From assembly GCA_964430885.1 (NCBI GenBank), contig CAYSHM010000005.1, positions 1 through 64,000 of the forward strand: a DNA stretch of 64,000 bases, written 5' to 3'. The notes under the pieces are model-generated. The model worked only from the letters and a program-made list of their open reading frames with translations. It was not told where the DNA came from and did not search any database. Position numbers and translations under genes: made by a program. This document shows, piece by piece, positions 20,643 to 32,100 of the stretch. How positions within the stretch are numbered: the first letter of the stretch is position 1; every line of letters begins with the position of its first letter. Source of the DNA: an uncultured archaeon (lineage in GTDB: Archaea; Thermoplasmatota; Penumbrarchaeia; JASLWR01).

Positions 20643-21197
20643 TTGATTGGAATAATGCAGGTGGTTGATTTGAGCGTTTACGAGTTTCAAGGTAAAAAAC
20701 CAGTTATTGGCAAGGGCAGCTTTGTTTTTCCTTCTGCAGATGTAATCGGTGATGTAAAGATAGGGAATAACTGCTATATCGGACCGGGGGCGAGGATCAG
20801 AGGAGATTACGGAAAGATAGAGATAGGAAGCGGTTCAGCAGTGGAGGAGAATGTGGTCGTTCATGCCAGACCGGACGATAAAACCTTAATTGGAAGCAAT
20901 GTAACAATTGGTCATGGGTCCATCATTCATAACGCAAAGATAGATGACTGGGCCGTAATAGGTATGGGTGCAGTCGTCAGCGATTGGGCTCATGTAGGTG
21001 AATGGGCGGTGATAGGTGAGGGAGGTTTGGTTAAGAATAAGCAATCAATACCATCGGAAGGTATTGCAGTGGGAGTTCCGGTCAAAATAATATCTTCAGT
21101 ATCACCGAGTTACAAGAAGCAGTGGACTAGATTCAAGTGGATATATGTTGAATTGGCAAACAAATGGTATCCGGAATCATTGAAGAAGATCCAATAA
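20643..21197 (+). CDS. Gamma carbonic anhydrase family (hexapeptide repeat) protein
   Basis: IGDVKIG, RGDYG, VVVHA, TIGHGSIIHNA (three His ligands). The real start may be TTG 20670. Confidence 0.9.
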   Translation: MIGIMQVVDLSVYEFQGKKPVIGKGSFVFPSADVIGDVKIGNNCYIGPGARIRGDYGKIEIGSGSAVEENVVVHARPDDKTLIGSNVTIGHGSIIHNAKIDDWAVIGMGAVVSDWAHVGEWAVIGEGGLVKNKQSIPSEGIAVGVPVKIISSVSPSYKKQWTRFKWIYVELANKWYPESLKKIQ

Positions 21198-21205
21198 TCT
21201 TCAGC

Positions 21206-21853
21206 TCAAAATTGGATGATCTCCAGCCACCTCAGCACCACACCACTGGCTAGAATTATCAGTAATGCATATGTAAAAGAGGTGGCCATGACACTTTTTG
21301 ATCTAAAATCAAGAGCAGATCCTGAAAACTTATTGGCCTTAATCCTGCCATTATCAAATCCGACACTAGACAGCTCGTCAAGGACCAAGTGTGAAAGAAA
21401 TCCGGCCATTGCTGAAATTGAAAGATACAGCTTGAACTGCAGGGAAGTATCAAAATAGATATGAAACACGGTAAGACCCACTATAAGTACTGCAGGGGTT
21501 GAGTGGAACATCCCTCGATGAACGGTCAATTTTTTAAAAAGCCAAGATACTACTATCCTGATGAAAAGATAACTTGACACAAAGATGACAGTGATAGTGA
21601 CGAGGTCATATTTGTGAAGAACTATGAAGCGGGTCACTATGATAAAGGGAAATATAGACGCCACAACGTTGAACACTTCCCTAATGGGGATGCTGTCATC
21701 ATGATCAAGGTCAGGCAGTATGGCCGCCAGAACACCCAGCATGCAGGCTAGAACGGAGTTCCATACTCCCATATCGAAAACAAAAAGACCGAACATTGTA
21801 CTGCATAAACTTACAATAAAACCGAATATAACGTGCTGCTGGTAATTTCCCAT
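21206..21853 (-). CDS. Membrane-bound metal-dependent hydrolase (YdjM-like)
   Basis: QQH, LPDLD, HRGMFHS and SHLVLD motifs. Confidence 0.85.
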   Translation of the reverse strand: MGNYQQHVIFGFIVSLCSTMFGLFVFDMGVWNSVLACMLGVLAAILPDLDHDDSIPIREVFNVVASIFPFIIVTRFIVLHKYDLVTITVIFVSSYLFIRIVVSWLFKKLTVHRGMFHSTPAVLIVGLTVFHIYFDTSLQFKLYLSISAMAGFLSHLVLDELSSVGFDNGRIKANKFSGSALDFRSKSVMATSFTYALLIILASGVVLRWLEIIQF

Positions 21854-21920
21854 GGTAATTATTCTCCGATATGTTGATCAGAATTCGAGATGAAGAATTA
21901 TTAGTACCAAGTACATCACA

Positions 21921-24458
21921 CTAAGGCAGCCTGTCATTGGCGAGTCTCAGAGCACGGTCAACATAGCCCAGGGCTTTCTCGTATTCCTTTTTCTTCATGG
22001 GAACCTTGGACCTATCCAACAGCTCCTGAATATCCCAGGTATCCCGCCCTAATTTCTTTAATCGAGCCATCTTCTGGGTAGCAACCTTGAGCTTCACCAC
22101 CAACGCCCGGTTCTTGATGGCTGTTGAGAGCTGCGGAATGTTTTCCCTCAATACAAAAACAGCTTGGTCCATCTTCCTGCTCTTCATGAGTTCTTTAGCT
22201 TCCTTGATCTTGTCAGCTATCATCTTTGTAGGGAAGTTCTTGAACTTGCTAGTGATACGAAGAAGATTCTTACCTTCTTCATACAGATCTAAAAATTCCT
22301 GAAACTCCTTGGTCTGCGGTATTAGGTTCAAAGCCTTTTTAGCAGCGATATAAGCTTCGGTGTGTACCCCTCTCTCCAATTTTGACTTGGCTTCCCGAAT
22401 TCGGATCTCCGCTTCTGGGTAATCAAAGTCGAAGATCTTCATTGACTGAAGGGTTTCTTCAACCTTCTTGATGGCCCTTACAGCATCCGACTTGAGTTCA
22501 TCTATGGATGAATCAAGGTTTAGAGTGATCAATAGGCTCCTAACATATTTCTTTGCATCCTTCAATATGTTCGCCGTCTCTACATAATTTTTCTTGAATC
22601 TCGCTGCATGGGCCCTCGTTATGATCTCCTTGATGTGGGATGTATCCAATCCGCTTCTCTCCGCCTTTTCCATCATTGAATCTATTTCCAATTCCAGCTC
22701 ATTCACTTCATCCAAATAACGCGGGTCCTGCTGTCTAAGCACGATTATCCTTTTGGACCGGTTCTCAAGTTCATTTACCTCATTGAGCATTATCTCAATG
22801 TAATCAAAGGCTTCCTTGAACTTTCTCTTTCTCAAAGCTGTACTGGCTTTTTCAAGGATTTTTATTACTCCTGAACTATCCACAGCAACATCGAGATTGC
22901 GTATTATCTGGCGGGTATTGTCAAGATAGGTTGTTATTCTTTCGGTGAACTCCTCTTCCATCTTCTTGATGTTGCTTTTAATTATTCCAATGACGGTTAA
23001 GAAATTCATCTCCTTCATTTCATTTACTGCATGATAATATGCCTCTTGGAAGGCTGGAAGGTTCATCTTCATTGATTCGGCCAGCATCATATTGATTTTA
23101 TATTCTTCCAAAGATCTCATAGCATCCTTGTACAGACCTCTTTGGTTATGATCATCTATGACATATTTACTTCCGCCGCCCATAATATTTAAGATATCTT
23201 CTGCCCTCTTACTTTCTCTGTTCTCGCTGAGAATCTCTCGGAGTGTAGACATAGCTTCATCCACACGTCCTAATGCCATCATTGAGGTGGCCTTATCAAG
23301 GAGAATAGGGATCCTTTTCTCTCCCTCAGCCCTCTCACTGAGCCGCAGAGACTGTTCAAAGGTGTTCAGAGATTCACCGTATTTGTGGAGATAGAAAAGA
23401 GCTTTTGCTTTAAGATGATAGGGTTCAGGGTCTTCACTCTTGAACTTGATAGCCTGATTCAGGCTCTGAATGGCAATATAGTAATCACCGTTGATAACTT
23501 CCACTTTAGCACGGCCCAGCCAAGCCACAAAATTATAAGGATTTGCATCCAGGGCGGCCTCATAAGCTCTCAAAGCCTCATCAAGTTCGTCCATCCTGAA
23601 ATAGGCATCCGCCTTGGTGGTTAGAGTTTTACCCCTGCCCTCCTCTTTATCAGTTAAGGAATAATACTGGAGTGCAGTCTTAATCTCACCCATTTCTTCG
23701 TAGATCTGACCTACTTTATATATTGCATCGGTATGTTCCGGCTCTATTTCCAGAACCTTCTCGAATGCGTCCCTAGCTCTCTTGGTTTTACCCATAATAA
23801 AAAGACCGTCGCCCTTTTTATACCAGGCATCGACGGAATTGGGTTCCAATTTCGTTGTCCAATCATAACAACGGATTGCTTCCTTGTATCGGCCCAATTC
23901 CATGAGGGCATTCCCCTTGAAAAGCCAGGCACGGGATAGTTTTTTATCCAGCCTGGTCGCCTTGGTATAGCATTTGATAGCTTCCTCCAATATACCTGTC
24001 TTATCAAGAAGCTGCCCTTTAACTAACCAGGCCTCACCAAGGGTAGGGTCAAGATCGAGTACATGTTCTACAGAATTCTTTGCTTCCTGAATTATCCCCT
24101 GCTGGATCATTAATTTTGATTTCTCAAGCCAAATGGTGGGTATATCGCCTAATTTATTAATTGCATCATCATAGGCATTCATGGCCTGGGCATACTGGGA
24201 CTCCTTGATGTGGGTATTACCCAACCACTTCCAGGCCTTTACGAAGGTCTCATCTATTTCAATTACCTTCTCAAAACAGCTTTGAGCCTCATCATATTTT
24301 TCACGATGGAACCAGGCCTTACCTTTATGATACCAGGCATCCTTATCTCTCACATCATACCTGATCTGTCTGTTAAAATAATTAATGGCCTCGGAATAAT
24401 TGCTAGCTTCATATTCCCGGATACCTTCTTGCAACCATGATTTACTTTCTGCCGGCAT
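21921..24458 (-). CDS. TPR-repeat protein with helical C-terminal half
   Basis: Many TPRs (AWYHKG..F..EKYDEAQSCFEKVIEID). ATG 24458 has a GGTGA SD. Confidence 0.88.
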   Translation of the reverse strand: MPAESKSWLQEGIREYEASNYSEAINYFNRQIRYDVRDKDAWYHKGKAWFHREKYDEAQSCFEKVIEIDETFVKAWKWLGNTHIKESQYAQAMNAYDDAINKLGDIPTIWLEKSKLMIQQGIIQEAKNSVEHVLDLDPTLGEAWLVKGQLLDKTGILEEAIKCYTKATRLDKKLSRAWLFKGNALMELGRYKEAIRCYDWTTKLEPNSVDAWYKKGDGLFIMGKTKRARDAFEKVLEIEPEHTDAIYKVGQIYEEMGEIKTALQYYSLTDKEEGRGKTLTTKADAYFRMDELDEALRAYEAALDANPYNFVAWLGRAKVEVINGDYYIAIQSLNQAIKFKSEDPEPYHLKAKALFYLHKYGESLNTFEQSLRLSERAEGEKRIPILLDKATSMMALGRVDEAMSTLREILSENRESKRAEDILNIMGGGSKYVIDDHNQRGLYKDAMRSLEEYKINMMLAESMKMNLPAFQEAYYHAVNEMKEMNFLTVIGIIKSNIKKMEEEFTERITTYLDNTRQIIRNLDVAVDSSGVIKILEKASTALRKRKFKEAFDYIEIMLNEVNELENRSKRIIVLRQQDPRYLDEVNELELEIDSMMEKAERSGLDTSHIKEIITRAHAARFKKNYVETANILKDAKKYVRSLLITLNLDSSIDELKSDAVRAIKKVEETLQSMKIFDFDYPEAEIRIREAKSKLERGVHTEAYIAAKKALNLIPQTKEFQEFLDLYEEGKNLLRITSKFKNFPTKMIADKIKEAKELMKSRKMDQAVFVLRENIPQLSTAIKNRALVVKLKVATQKMARLKKLGRDTWDIQELLDRSKVPMKKKEYEKALGYVDRALRLANDRLP

Positions 24459-24742
24459 TACCGATTCACCTTTGAATGAAAAACATTGATCTTTAGATAT
24501 TTCCTGCACTATACACAAGTTCTGCTCTGTACCTTATCTCTATTAGCCTAAATGGTATATCTATTTACATTAATGAAAAACTCTTTTTAATATTATCTGG
24601 AAAAAATTTCGGCATAATACTATCATGAAATTACTTATATTTTTGTATGTTTTTGAAATGTACAAACCTGCACAGGTTCGAATGTTACAATAATTTAAAC
24701 CGATGGATCGGCCTATAATAATTGGCATTTTAATCTTCAATA

Positions 24743-26185
24743 TCACAACACCAGCAGTAAAACAGCTCCGCAGGTAAAGCCGAATATCCCTATGAACATT
24801 GACATTGGAAGTCCCGGAAGTATTTTGTTACGCTGGAGCATTTTGAGAGTGATTATAAAACCTATAATGATTCCGATCATAGAAAGAAGAAACATTATCA
24901 GGGGAGCTATTATCCCTACTTCATCAAAATACCTAACACCATATTGAAAAGAATGAGCCACAAGCATAGAGTAGAATACCAGATCTCCAATTCCCAGGTC
25001 CCAATCCTTAGCGCTGTATGTCAAACATTCCATTAGTTCCTCTGCCCCCATACCCTTGCCTCTGAGCAACCTTCCTCTCTTGGCAGTTGCGGAGCTGTCA
25101 ATGCCCCTGAAGGAAGAAACAAGCGGAATAATTGGCTGAAAACCGCCGTCATTATCCTTCAATTTTGGAGATGATGAGCCGGAAGCAGCGGATTTTGCTT
25201 TCCTTTTCACACGCCGCTGACGCTCAACCTGCTCCCTTTGAAACTTGACAAGCAGTTCCCTCAAAGTATCCTCAGCTCCGCCTATGACCCCCTCATAACC
25301 ACACTCCAAACATGAAACAATATCGTATTGTTCCACCCTTAATTTGGAGGAATGGCAGTAGGGGCACATAATCCCTTTCTCGCGGTAATAGGCAAAAACC
25401 GCCTCAGACCTCTTTCTCTGAAGATTTTTCTTTCCGGTTCTGTTCCTGCGTTCCTCTTCAGTCATATCTATTATGTTCTTGATAGGACCCTTTTTAACAG
25501 AATAAATATCATAGATCGAGAGACCAATAAGCATGAACATAACTGTCCAAGTAGGCATTATTACAGCAAGAAATGCACCCATCATTCCACTCATTACTAT
25601 CAGTGCCGCATTTCTCTTTACCTTATCGAAATGTATGGAGAGTATGGTATAACATAGAAGTATACCGCCAACAATTGAGAATATAAACACCGGCCATGAT
25701 ATTTCCTGGTGAAAAACCAGAAATAAGGGATCGGATGTTCTCAGTCCAGAATAAGTATGATATACCATATACCCCGAAGTGTAATACCTAATATCCTCTA
25801 TGAGTATTGACAGAAAGAAAAAGATTATTAGACCCCCGGAGAGTGAAAGAGCTCCTCCGAAGAGATACTGAATTGCCTGTTTCCTCTTATATTTGAACAA
25901 TAGGAATATTAAGAATCCTCCTATTATTGCCACACCCAAAAAAATGGATGCGTTGGCCAAACCCGCGGCTGCTGCTTCCTGGCCTCCGCCCTCTTCTGAA
26001 AAAACTGTGGCAGTTATGGTGAAATTCGAGATGAATGTGATCAGTACCAGGGTTGTTGCTATGAGCACCGTAACCATTATCGGCCTGACTAGCTGAATGC
26101 CATTAACCAATCTGTTTTTTATTTCCGACATGCTATTCTTACCCTTCAACTGATTTAATAATACCTTTTCGCTACATTTGAACAT
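24743..26185 (-). CDS. Presenilin-family intramembrane aspartyl protease
   Basis: IYDIYSV (TM6 Asp), LGIGDLVFYS (GxGD), LPGLP (PAL-like). The start may be the downstream MSEIK. Confidence 0.9.
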   Translation of the reverse strand: MFKCSEKVLLNQLKGKNSMSEIKNRLVNGIQLVRPIMVTVLIATTLVLITFISNFTITATVFSEEGGGQEAAAAGLANASIFLGVAIIGGFLIFLLFKYKRKQAIQYLFGGALSLSGGLIIFFFLSILIEDIRYYTSGYMVYHTYSGLRTSDPLFLVFHQEISWPVFIFSIVGGILLCYTILSIHFDKVKRNAALIVMSGMMGAFLAVIMPTWTVMFMLIGLSIYDIYSVKKGPIKNIIDMTEEERRNRTGKKNLQRKRSEAVFAYYREKGIMCPYCHSSKLRVEQYDIVSCLECGYEGVIGGAEDTLRELLVKFQREQVERQRRVKRKAKSAASGSSSPKLKDNDGGFQPIIPLVSSFRGIDSSATAKRGRLLRGKGMGAEELMECLTYSAKDWDLGIGDLVFYSMLVAHSFQYGVRYFDEVGIIAPLIMFLLSMIGIIIGFIITLKMLQRNKILPGLPMSMFIGIFGFTCGAVLLLVL

Positions 26186-26198
26186 TGATTTAATTTAT

Positions 26199-26792
26199 TT
26201 AACCGCTGTCCTGATTATTTGATTTAAGCATGAATTTATAAGCGGCAAATAGAATTAGAAGCAATACAACAGTCCCGATAAAAGCCCATATGGAAGTTTC
26301 GAGTATCCATTTTGCACCGTACCAAACAAGGGTAACCACCACACCGGCTATGAGGACACCAATAAAAATGTACAGCAGGGATTTCTTGAACTCCATATCA
26401 AACAACCAGGCAGCTATTGCCCCCGTCCAGGCCCCAGTAACCGGTAATGGAATGGCTACGAACAAAATAAGTGCAACCTCTTCATATTTTTCCAGTTTTG
26501 CTCCAGTCTTTCTTCTGGTCCGCTCAAAAAGCCAATTAAAGAACCTATCAAACACCTTTATTCTACGCATGTATTTAATGAAATGCCTTAGGAACAATAT
26601 AATTAAAGGAACTGGTATCATATTTCCAATTATGGAGATGAAATAGGCCTGCCACCAAGTCATATCAAAACTCCCCAAAGCTAAGGGAATTGAACCTCTG
26701 AGCTCGAAAATCGGAAGCATAGCCACTATCACGGTAGCCAACCAGCCGGGCAGGGAAATGAGTGGTTTCAACAGTACTTGTGTGAAGCTCAA
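26199..26792 (-). CDS. Small multidrug export family protein (COG2426)
   Basis: LPIFELRGSIP and FVAIPLPVTGAWTG signatures. Confidence 0.9.
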   Translation of the reverse strand: MSFTQVLLKPLISLPGWLATVIVAMLPIFELRGSIPLALGSFDMTWWQAYFISIIGNMIPVPLIILFLRHFIKYMRRIKVFDRFFNWLFERTRRKTGAKLEKYEEVALILFVAIPLPVTGAWTGAIAAWLFDMEFKKSLLYIFIGVLIAGVVVTLVWYGAKWILETSIWAFIGTVVLLLILFAAYKFMLKSNNQDSG

Positions 26793-26804
26793 ATTATAAC
26801 CGCC

Positions 26805-27416
26805 TTATATGAGGTCCTTTCTTTTCACGTTGCCGCTAGGGGTCTCTTCTGCGAAAACCGATGCTGTGAACCTTTTTATGATCAATGGCTTATTCCTCCA
26901 GGTATTGGGTGGGAGGCCAGCCTTTGAACAGGTGTGATCCAAGAATGTTTCAACATCCCATTCCCATTCAACAGGTACTTGGGGCAGTAAAAGACCCTTG
27001 TAGAAACCCTTTTCAACTATCAGCCCGTCCCTGCCTATCTCGATCTTTTCCACAAGATCGTCCAGTTTAGAATATTCAATAGGTTCGGGAACTGTTAGCA
27101 ATGACACTTCAATGACTATGTTTTGAAGCTCGTCCTTTCCCAGAGGTGGAAAACGAGGATCCTTTAGTGCAGCGTTGATAGCGTTTTCACGAATGGCCTT
27201 GCCGAGCTTCATCACTGGAAGGATATAGCCTATACATCCTCTCAATCTCTTTGAAGGATATTGGTTCAGTGTGACGAATACTCCACTCTTGCTGCCGAAT
27301 TTTACAGGCTGTTTCGGTTTATCCTTGGCCAGACTGGAATCAAAATACCTTATTAGTGTATACCTGGCCAACTTAATTGCAACTCTGCCATCCTCTATAC
27401 TGTACAAAAAAACCAC
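26805..27416 (-). CDS. AMMECR1-domain protein (TIGR00296 family)
   Basis: GVFVTL, LRGCIG, DPRF, GLLLPQV, CSKAGL. Confidence 0.93.
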   Translation of the reverse strand: MVFLYSIEDGRVAIKLARYTLIRYFDSSLAKDKPKQPVKFGSKSGVFVTLNQYPSKRLRGCIGYILPVMKLGKAIRENAINAALKDPRFPPLGKDELQNIVIEVSLLTVPEPIEYSKLDDLVEKIEIGRDGLIVEKGFYKGLLLPQVPVEWEWDVETFLDHTCSKAGLPPNTWRNKPLIIKRFTASVFAEETPSGNVKRKDLI

Positions 27417-27697
27417 CTTTCTGATCTAATTATCATATCTACTAGTGGGTTATAGTTTTAACTATAAATAAATATTCCTGAAGTGGAGGCACTAATAAAA
27501 TCATAAAGAACTGGATAATTAATACTTGTTAATCTGAAAATAATTAGAATGGATCAATGCAGTTCTTTGGTAATATCTCAACTGCCAAAGAAAATGCAAC
27601 CTTTATTTAAAATGAATAATTATAACCCTCCGATCCAAAAGCAATAATCTAGGTATTTATCTGGATTATTAATAATAAAATCAGGAGAGCTTCACCT

Positions 27698-28951
27698 ATG
27701 GCGAATAAATCCGACTATAAATTCAAGCATATTTGTCCCAAATGTAAAAAAAAGTACCCTCAAGATCAGCTAGTCTACCAATGTCCATGCGGCAGCAAGG
27801 TAATTATAGAATTCAACATGAACGAGATGGAGCTTTCACCGAAGGATATCAAAGCCAGATATGACAGTAGCCTACCGCTGATAGAGAAATACTTTGAGCT
27901 GCTTCCATTATTGAAGAAGGACAATCTCGTACATTTGGGGGAAGGAGATACTCCTTTAGTTCACGCAAGAAATATGGGAAACAAACTTGGGCTTCCAAAC
28001 CTGTACCTGAAAAACGAGATTAACAATCCAACTGGTTCATTCAAGGACAGACCCATCAATGTAGGATTGAACAGAGCATTGGAATTCAACGCGGAATATG
28101 TTGCTTCAGCTTCCTCAGGTAACGCTGCAAATTCCCTTGCTGCAGGTTCCTCCAAGGCAAACATTACATGTATAGCCTTCGTACCCTCTACAGCGGCTAA
28201 TTCCAAAATTAATCAGCTCCTCCTTTATGGCGCTGAAGTGTTCCCTGTCGAAAAACCTACTGGTTATATAGGTGATCCCACCGTTGCAATGCTGACAAAT
28301 TCATATAAAGAACTGGGATTTCATCCTATACCGAGCTTCGGCCATTTAAATCCATACCAAATGGAAGGAGCAAAGACAATGGGTTATGAGATAGCTTTGG
28401 AGATAGAGCCTGACCATATCGTAGTACCTGTCGGAGGGGGCGGATTATATATGGGAAATCATAGGGCGTTCATGGAATTCAAGGAATTAGGCATTGTGGA
28501 CAATATACCTTCTATGCATGTTGTACAAGGTGAGGGATGTTCTCCTCTGGTGAAGGCCTTCAACGAGGAAAGGGAGATATCCACCTGTGAAGATCCTCAT
28601 ACCATAGCCAATGGCCTTGCGGATCCCTTCACTTGGGACGGTGAACGAGTGATCGAAGCTTTGAAGATAAATGGGGGGAGCGCAGTGGGAATCAAGGACA
28701 ATCCAATAATTAAGGCCCAGAAGATATTGGCAAGATACGAAGGTATTTTTGCCGAACCTACCGGATCTGCGGCATTGGCAGGAATGCTTGAGCTGGTCCA
28801 TAGGGGTAAAATAGACAAGAAGGATGATATCGTTGTCGAGGTCACAGGTCACGGATTCAAGGATTTGGGAGTAATTGACGAATACTTCAGCAGGCCTGAA
28901 CCTGTACTTCCTGAATTGAGCATTATTAAAAATAGACTGGGGTTGAGGTGA
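27698..28951 (+). CDS. thrC: Threonine synthase
   Basis: N-terminal CPKC..CPCG, LGEGDTPL, NPTGSFKDR, ASSGNAA, PVGGGG, EGIFAEP, TGHGFKD. Confidence 0.85.
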   Translation: MANKSDYKFKHICPKCKKKYPQDQLVYQCPCGSKVIIEFNMNEMELSPKDIKARYDSSLPLIEKYFELLPLLKKDNLVHLGEGDTPLVHARNMGNKLGLPNLYLKNEINNPTGSFKDRPINVGLNRALEFNAEYVASASSGNAANSLAAGSSKANITCIAFVPSTAANSKINQLLLYGAEVFPVEKPTGYIGDPTVAMLTNSYKELGFHPIPSFGHLNPYQMEGAKTMGYEIALEIEPDHIVVPVGGGGLYMGNHRAFMEFKELGIVDNIPSMHVVQGEGCSPLVKAFNEEREISTCEDPHTIANGLADPFTWDGERVIEALKINGGSAVGIKDNPIIKAQKILARYEGIFAEPTGSAALAGMLELVHRGKIDKKDDIVVEVTGHGFKDLGVIDEYFSRPEPVLPELSIIKNRLGLR

Positions 28952-29195
28952 TTCTCCGCCTCAATTTATGAACCTTCCGACTATGATCCGAACTGAATAG
29001 CCCTTAATATTCAACACCAAAAAAATCGGGATAGAAGTTAATATAATTTTACAGCGTTAACTATAACTCAATCATATAAGACCCCCCATATGATGTATAT
29101 CGATGAATATTATCAATAATAATGATTTTAAATTGCATTATCAATATTTCATTAGATAAATCAAAGCTGAACTTTGGCCCTGAATTATTCCGGAA

Positions 29196-32100
29196 GTGAT
29201 TAAAATGAATTGGTTTTACAGAATATCGAATCAGAGAGCATCAAAGATCTTATTGATCTCACTATCCTTGGCATTGTTCTTTTTCACATCTTTAGCGCCC
29301 CTAGGCACTATGTGGTCTGATACCGATCACTTGAAGGAAAACTCCAAATCCCATGGTCCAAAATCGTCCGGTGGGGAAATAGATATCCTTGCTGAATCCG
29401 ATGGAGGATTACTCCAGGCACCAGCACATCCTCTGAAAGAAGGGAATCTGAGACGCAGCATCTCGAGACCTTCTCCCACACCGTTTCCTTATCTGGAACG
29501 TTCCGATAACCGTCAGGGGGAGTTCAATCTTCTATGCATTAGGGTCCAATTTCAAGAGGATGATACTCCGCTTACTACTGGTAACGGCCTTATGGAGCCT
29601 GAACACAATGAATATTATTACAATGCCATATTCCAGCAGATGAGCGATTATTATAAAGAGGTTTCCTACGACCAGTTCAACCTAAATGCTTCAGTAACAG
29701 AAGAGATATTCACTGTGGACCACAATATGTCCCACTATGGTTCAAACGGTAATGAGGTGCAGAAGAACGTATATCTGATCAACGATACAATCGCAAAGGC
29801 AGACCCGTCCATTGATTTTTCTCAGTATGATTTCTTCATCGTTATACACGCCGGTTCAGGGGAGGAAACCGATATCAACAACGATTCACCCCACGATATC
29901 TGGTCAAACAATTTAGGTTTGTATCATTTCTGGGCCGTACTAGGCGGGCCCATACAAACAAATGACGGAAAGAGCATAAGTCAGATCAGCGTCATACCGG
30001 AAACCCAGAACCAAGACGGACTTTTCAGTCAGAACATTACTGGAGTGGCATGTCATGAGTTCGGACACAACCTGGGATTACCTGACCTATATGATGTGGA
30101 ATACCACTCGGATGGAATAGGAATTTGGGGTTTGATGTCCGCAGGACCAAATCTCAACGGCGGATTGACCCCTTCTCATTTCTGCGCCTGGTCAAAGATG
30201 TATCTTAATTGGGTAGACCCTATGATTATTGATACCAACCGAACCGATGTTTATATCAGAAATATTGAGGATTACAAGGATATTTACAAGATCGTATTGC
30301 CAGGCTCTAACGGAAAAGAATATTTTCTTCTGGAGAACCGACAGCGGAGAGGATTTGACAGATACCTTCCGGGCGACGGGCTTCTGATATGGCATATTGA
30401 TGAAAATATCATATTTCAGGATGTCGGTTGGGGATTCAACAGGCTTGAAGCAAACGATGTGAACACGTGGCCCAACCACAAGGGAGTGGACCTCGAAGAA
30501 GCCGGAGGAACACAGGAATTGGATATAATTGGAGATTACAACAGCGGAGACCACAGGGACCCATGGTTCGGAAAACCTGAAGGTTTCACTCCTTATACGG
30601 TCCCTAATACCTTCACCTATACCGATATCAATACCGAAATACACATCACAGACATATCCTGGTCATCCAACAACATGTCCTTTTCCGTGAATTTCAAGGA
30701 TAGGGCAATTGATCTTAAAAAGCCCAATATCAATACTACATCAGGGCTGCCAGGAGCTAGTATTTCCTTCCCGCTCCGCCTTTGGTCGAATAGGGCGAGA
30801 GAGAACAGCTATAACGACCGGATAACTCTTACTGTGGAAAGCGACCATTCTGATCTACTAGTATTAAGCCAGAATCCGGCTGAAATACCTTTGGATGCTG
30901 ACAATATCTTCGTCTATGCAAATCTGACCATCCCTTTGGATGCACACTATCAGGACCTGTACATATTCCATATTACCGCCGAATCGCAGGATGATGTTCA
31001 AGCGCCAACTGGGCTCACATTGACTGTAAGTGTTGAAGAGATACTTGAATTTGCACTTTCACCTATTGGGAATATCACACTTCTCCCTGGTGAGGCCAAC
31101 GTTCAAAACATAACGATAGCCTTCAACAACAGTGGAAATGATAGAGAAAGGTTCGATTTCAGCGTTGAACTATCCGATGAGGATTGGGAATGGGAATTGA
31201 GTCAGGAGCGCGTATGGCTGGAGCCGGACTCAGAACACAAAATTTATCTATACCTCTTCTCACCGGATAACTCCATCTTCAGCGATGAATGCGTATTTGA
31301 TATCTTCATGGAGCACTCAACCGGAACCCTTACAACCGGCTTCTCAGCTGAAGTGCTGCAGATATTCAACCTTACCATGGAAGTAGTGGATATAGCTGAT
31401 TATGCGACTCATTCAGACCCTTCCGTTTTGAACATATCTGTCAGAAACTACGGCAACGGTCAGGATAATATTTCAATAAGCCTGACCGGAACCAAGGCAG
31501 GTTGGACAATAGATTTCTCATCTGACTACCTGATAATACCAAGAAAAGGGATCCGATATTTCACCGTGACAATAACTCCTCAAAAACTCGCCCACTACAA
31601 TGATGATTTCCCCTTCACCGTAAAGGTCCACTCACAGGGCGGATTCAGCCTTGAAAGCGAAAATCTGGAAGTGAAGGTCAGCAAATTGGTGCTTCTGGAC
31701 CTAGAATGTGATAACAAAAATATCACATTGAGCACTAAAAAAAATACAGTTCAGGTCACAGTACAGCTATTGAACAAAGGAAATGTTGAGGATTACTATC
31801 AAATGAATGTGGTAATGCCCCCGGATGTTAAAATGAGTCTAGAGGGCATTAACAAGGACAACATTACCATACCTGCTTTCAATGACATCTTCATGGTGAT
31901 GCTGTTCGAATTCCCGGATGATATCACCGCAGGGCTTTATTACATAGATATCGATATTAGCTCAAGCAGACAATCAGACATTACCCTGGAAATGAGGCTG
32001 AACATTACAATTCCAAACATATATGAGCTCCAGGTCGATTTCAGCTCTGACAAGGATGGATTGGACCTATCAAAATCATCCTCTATAAAATATACTATCA

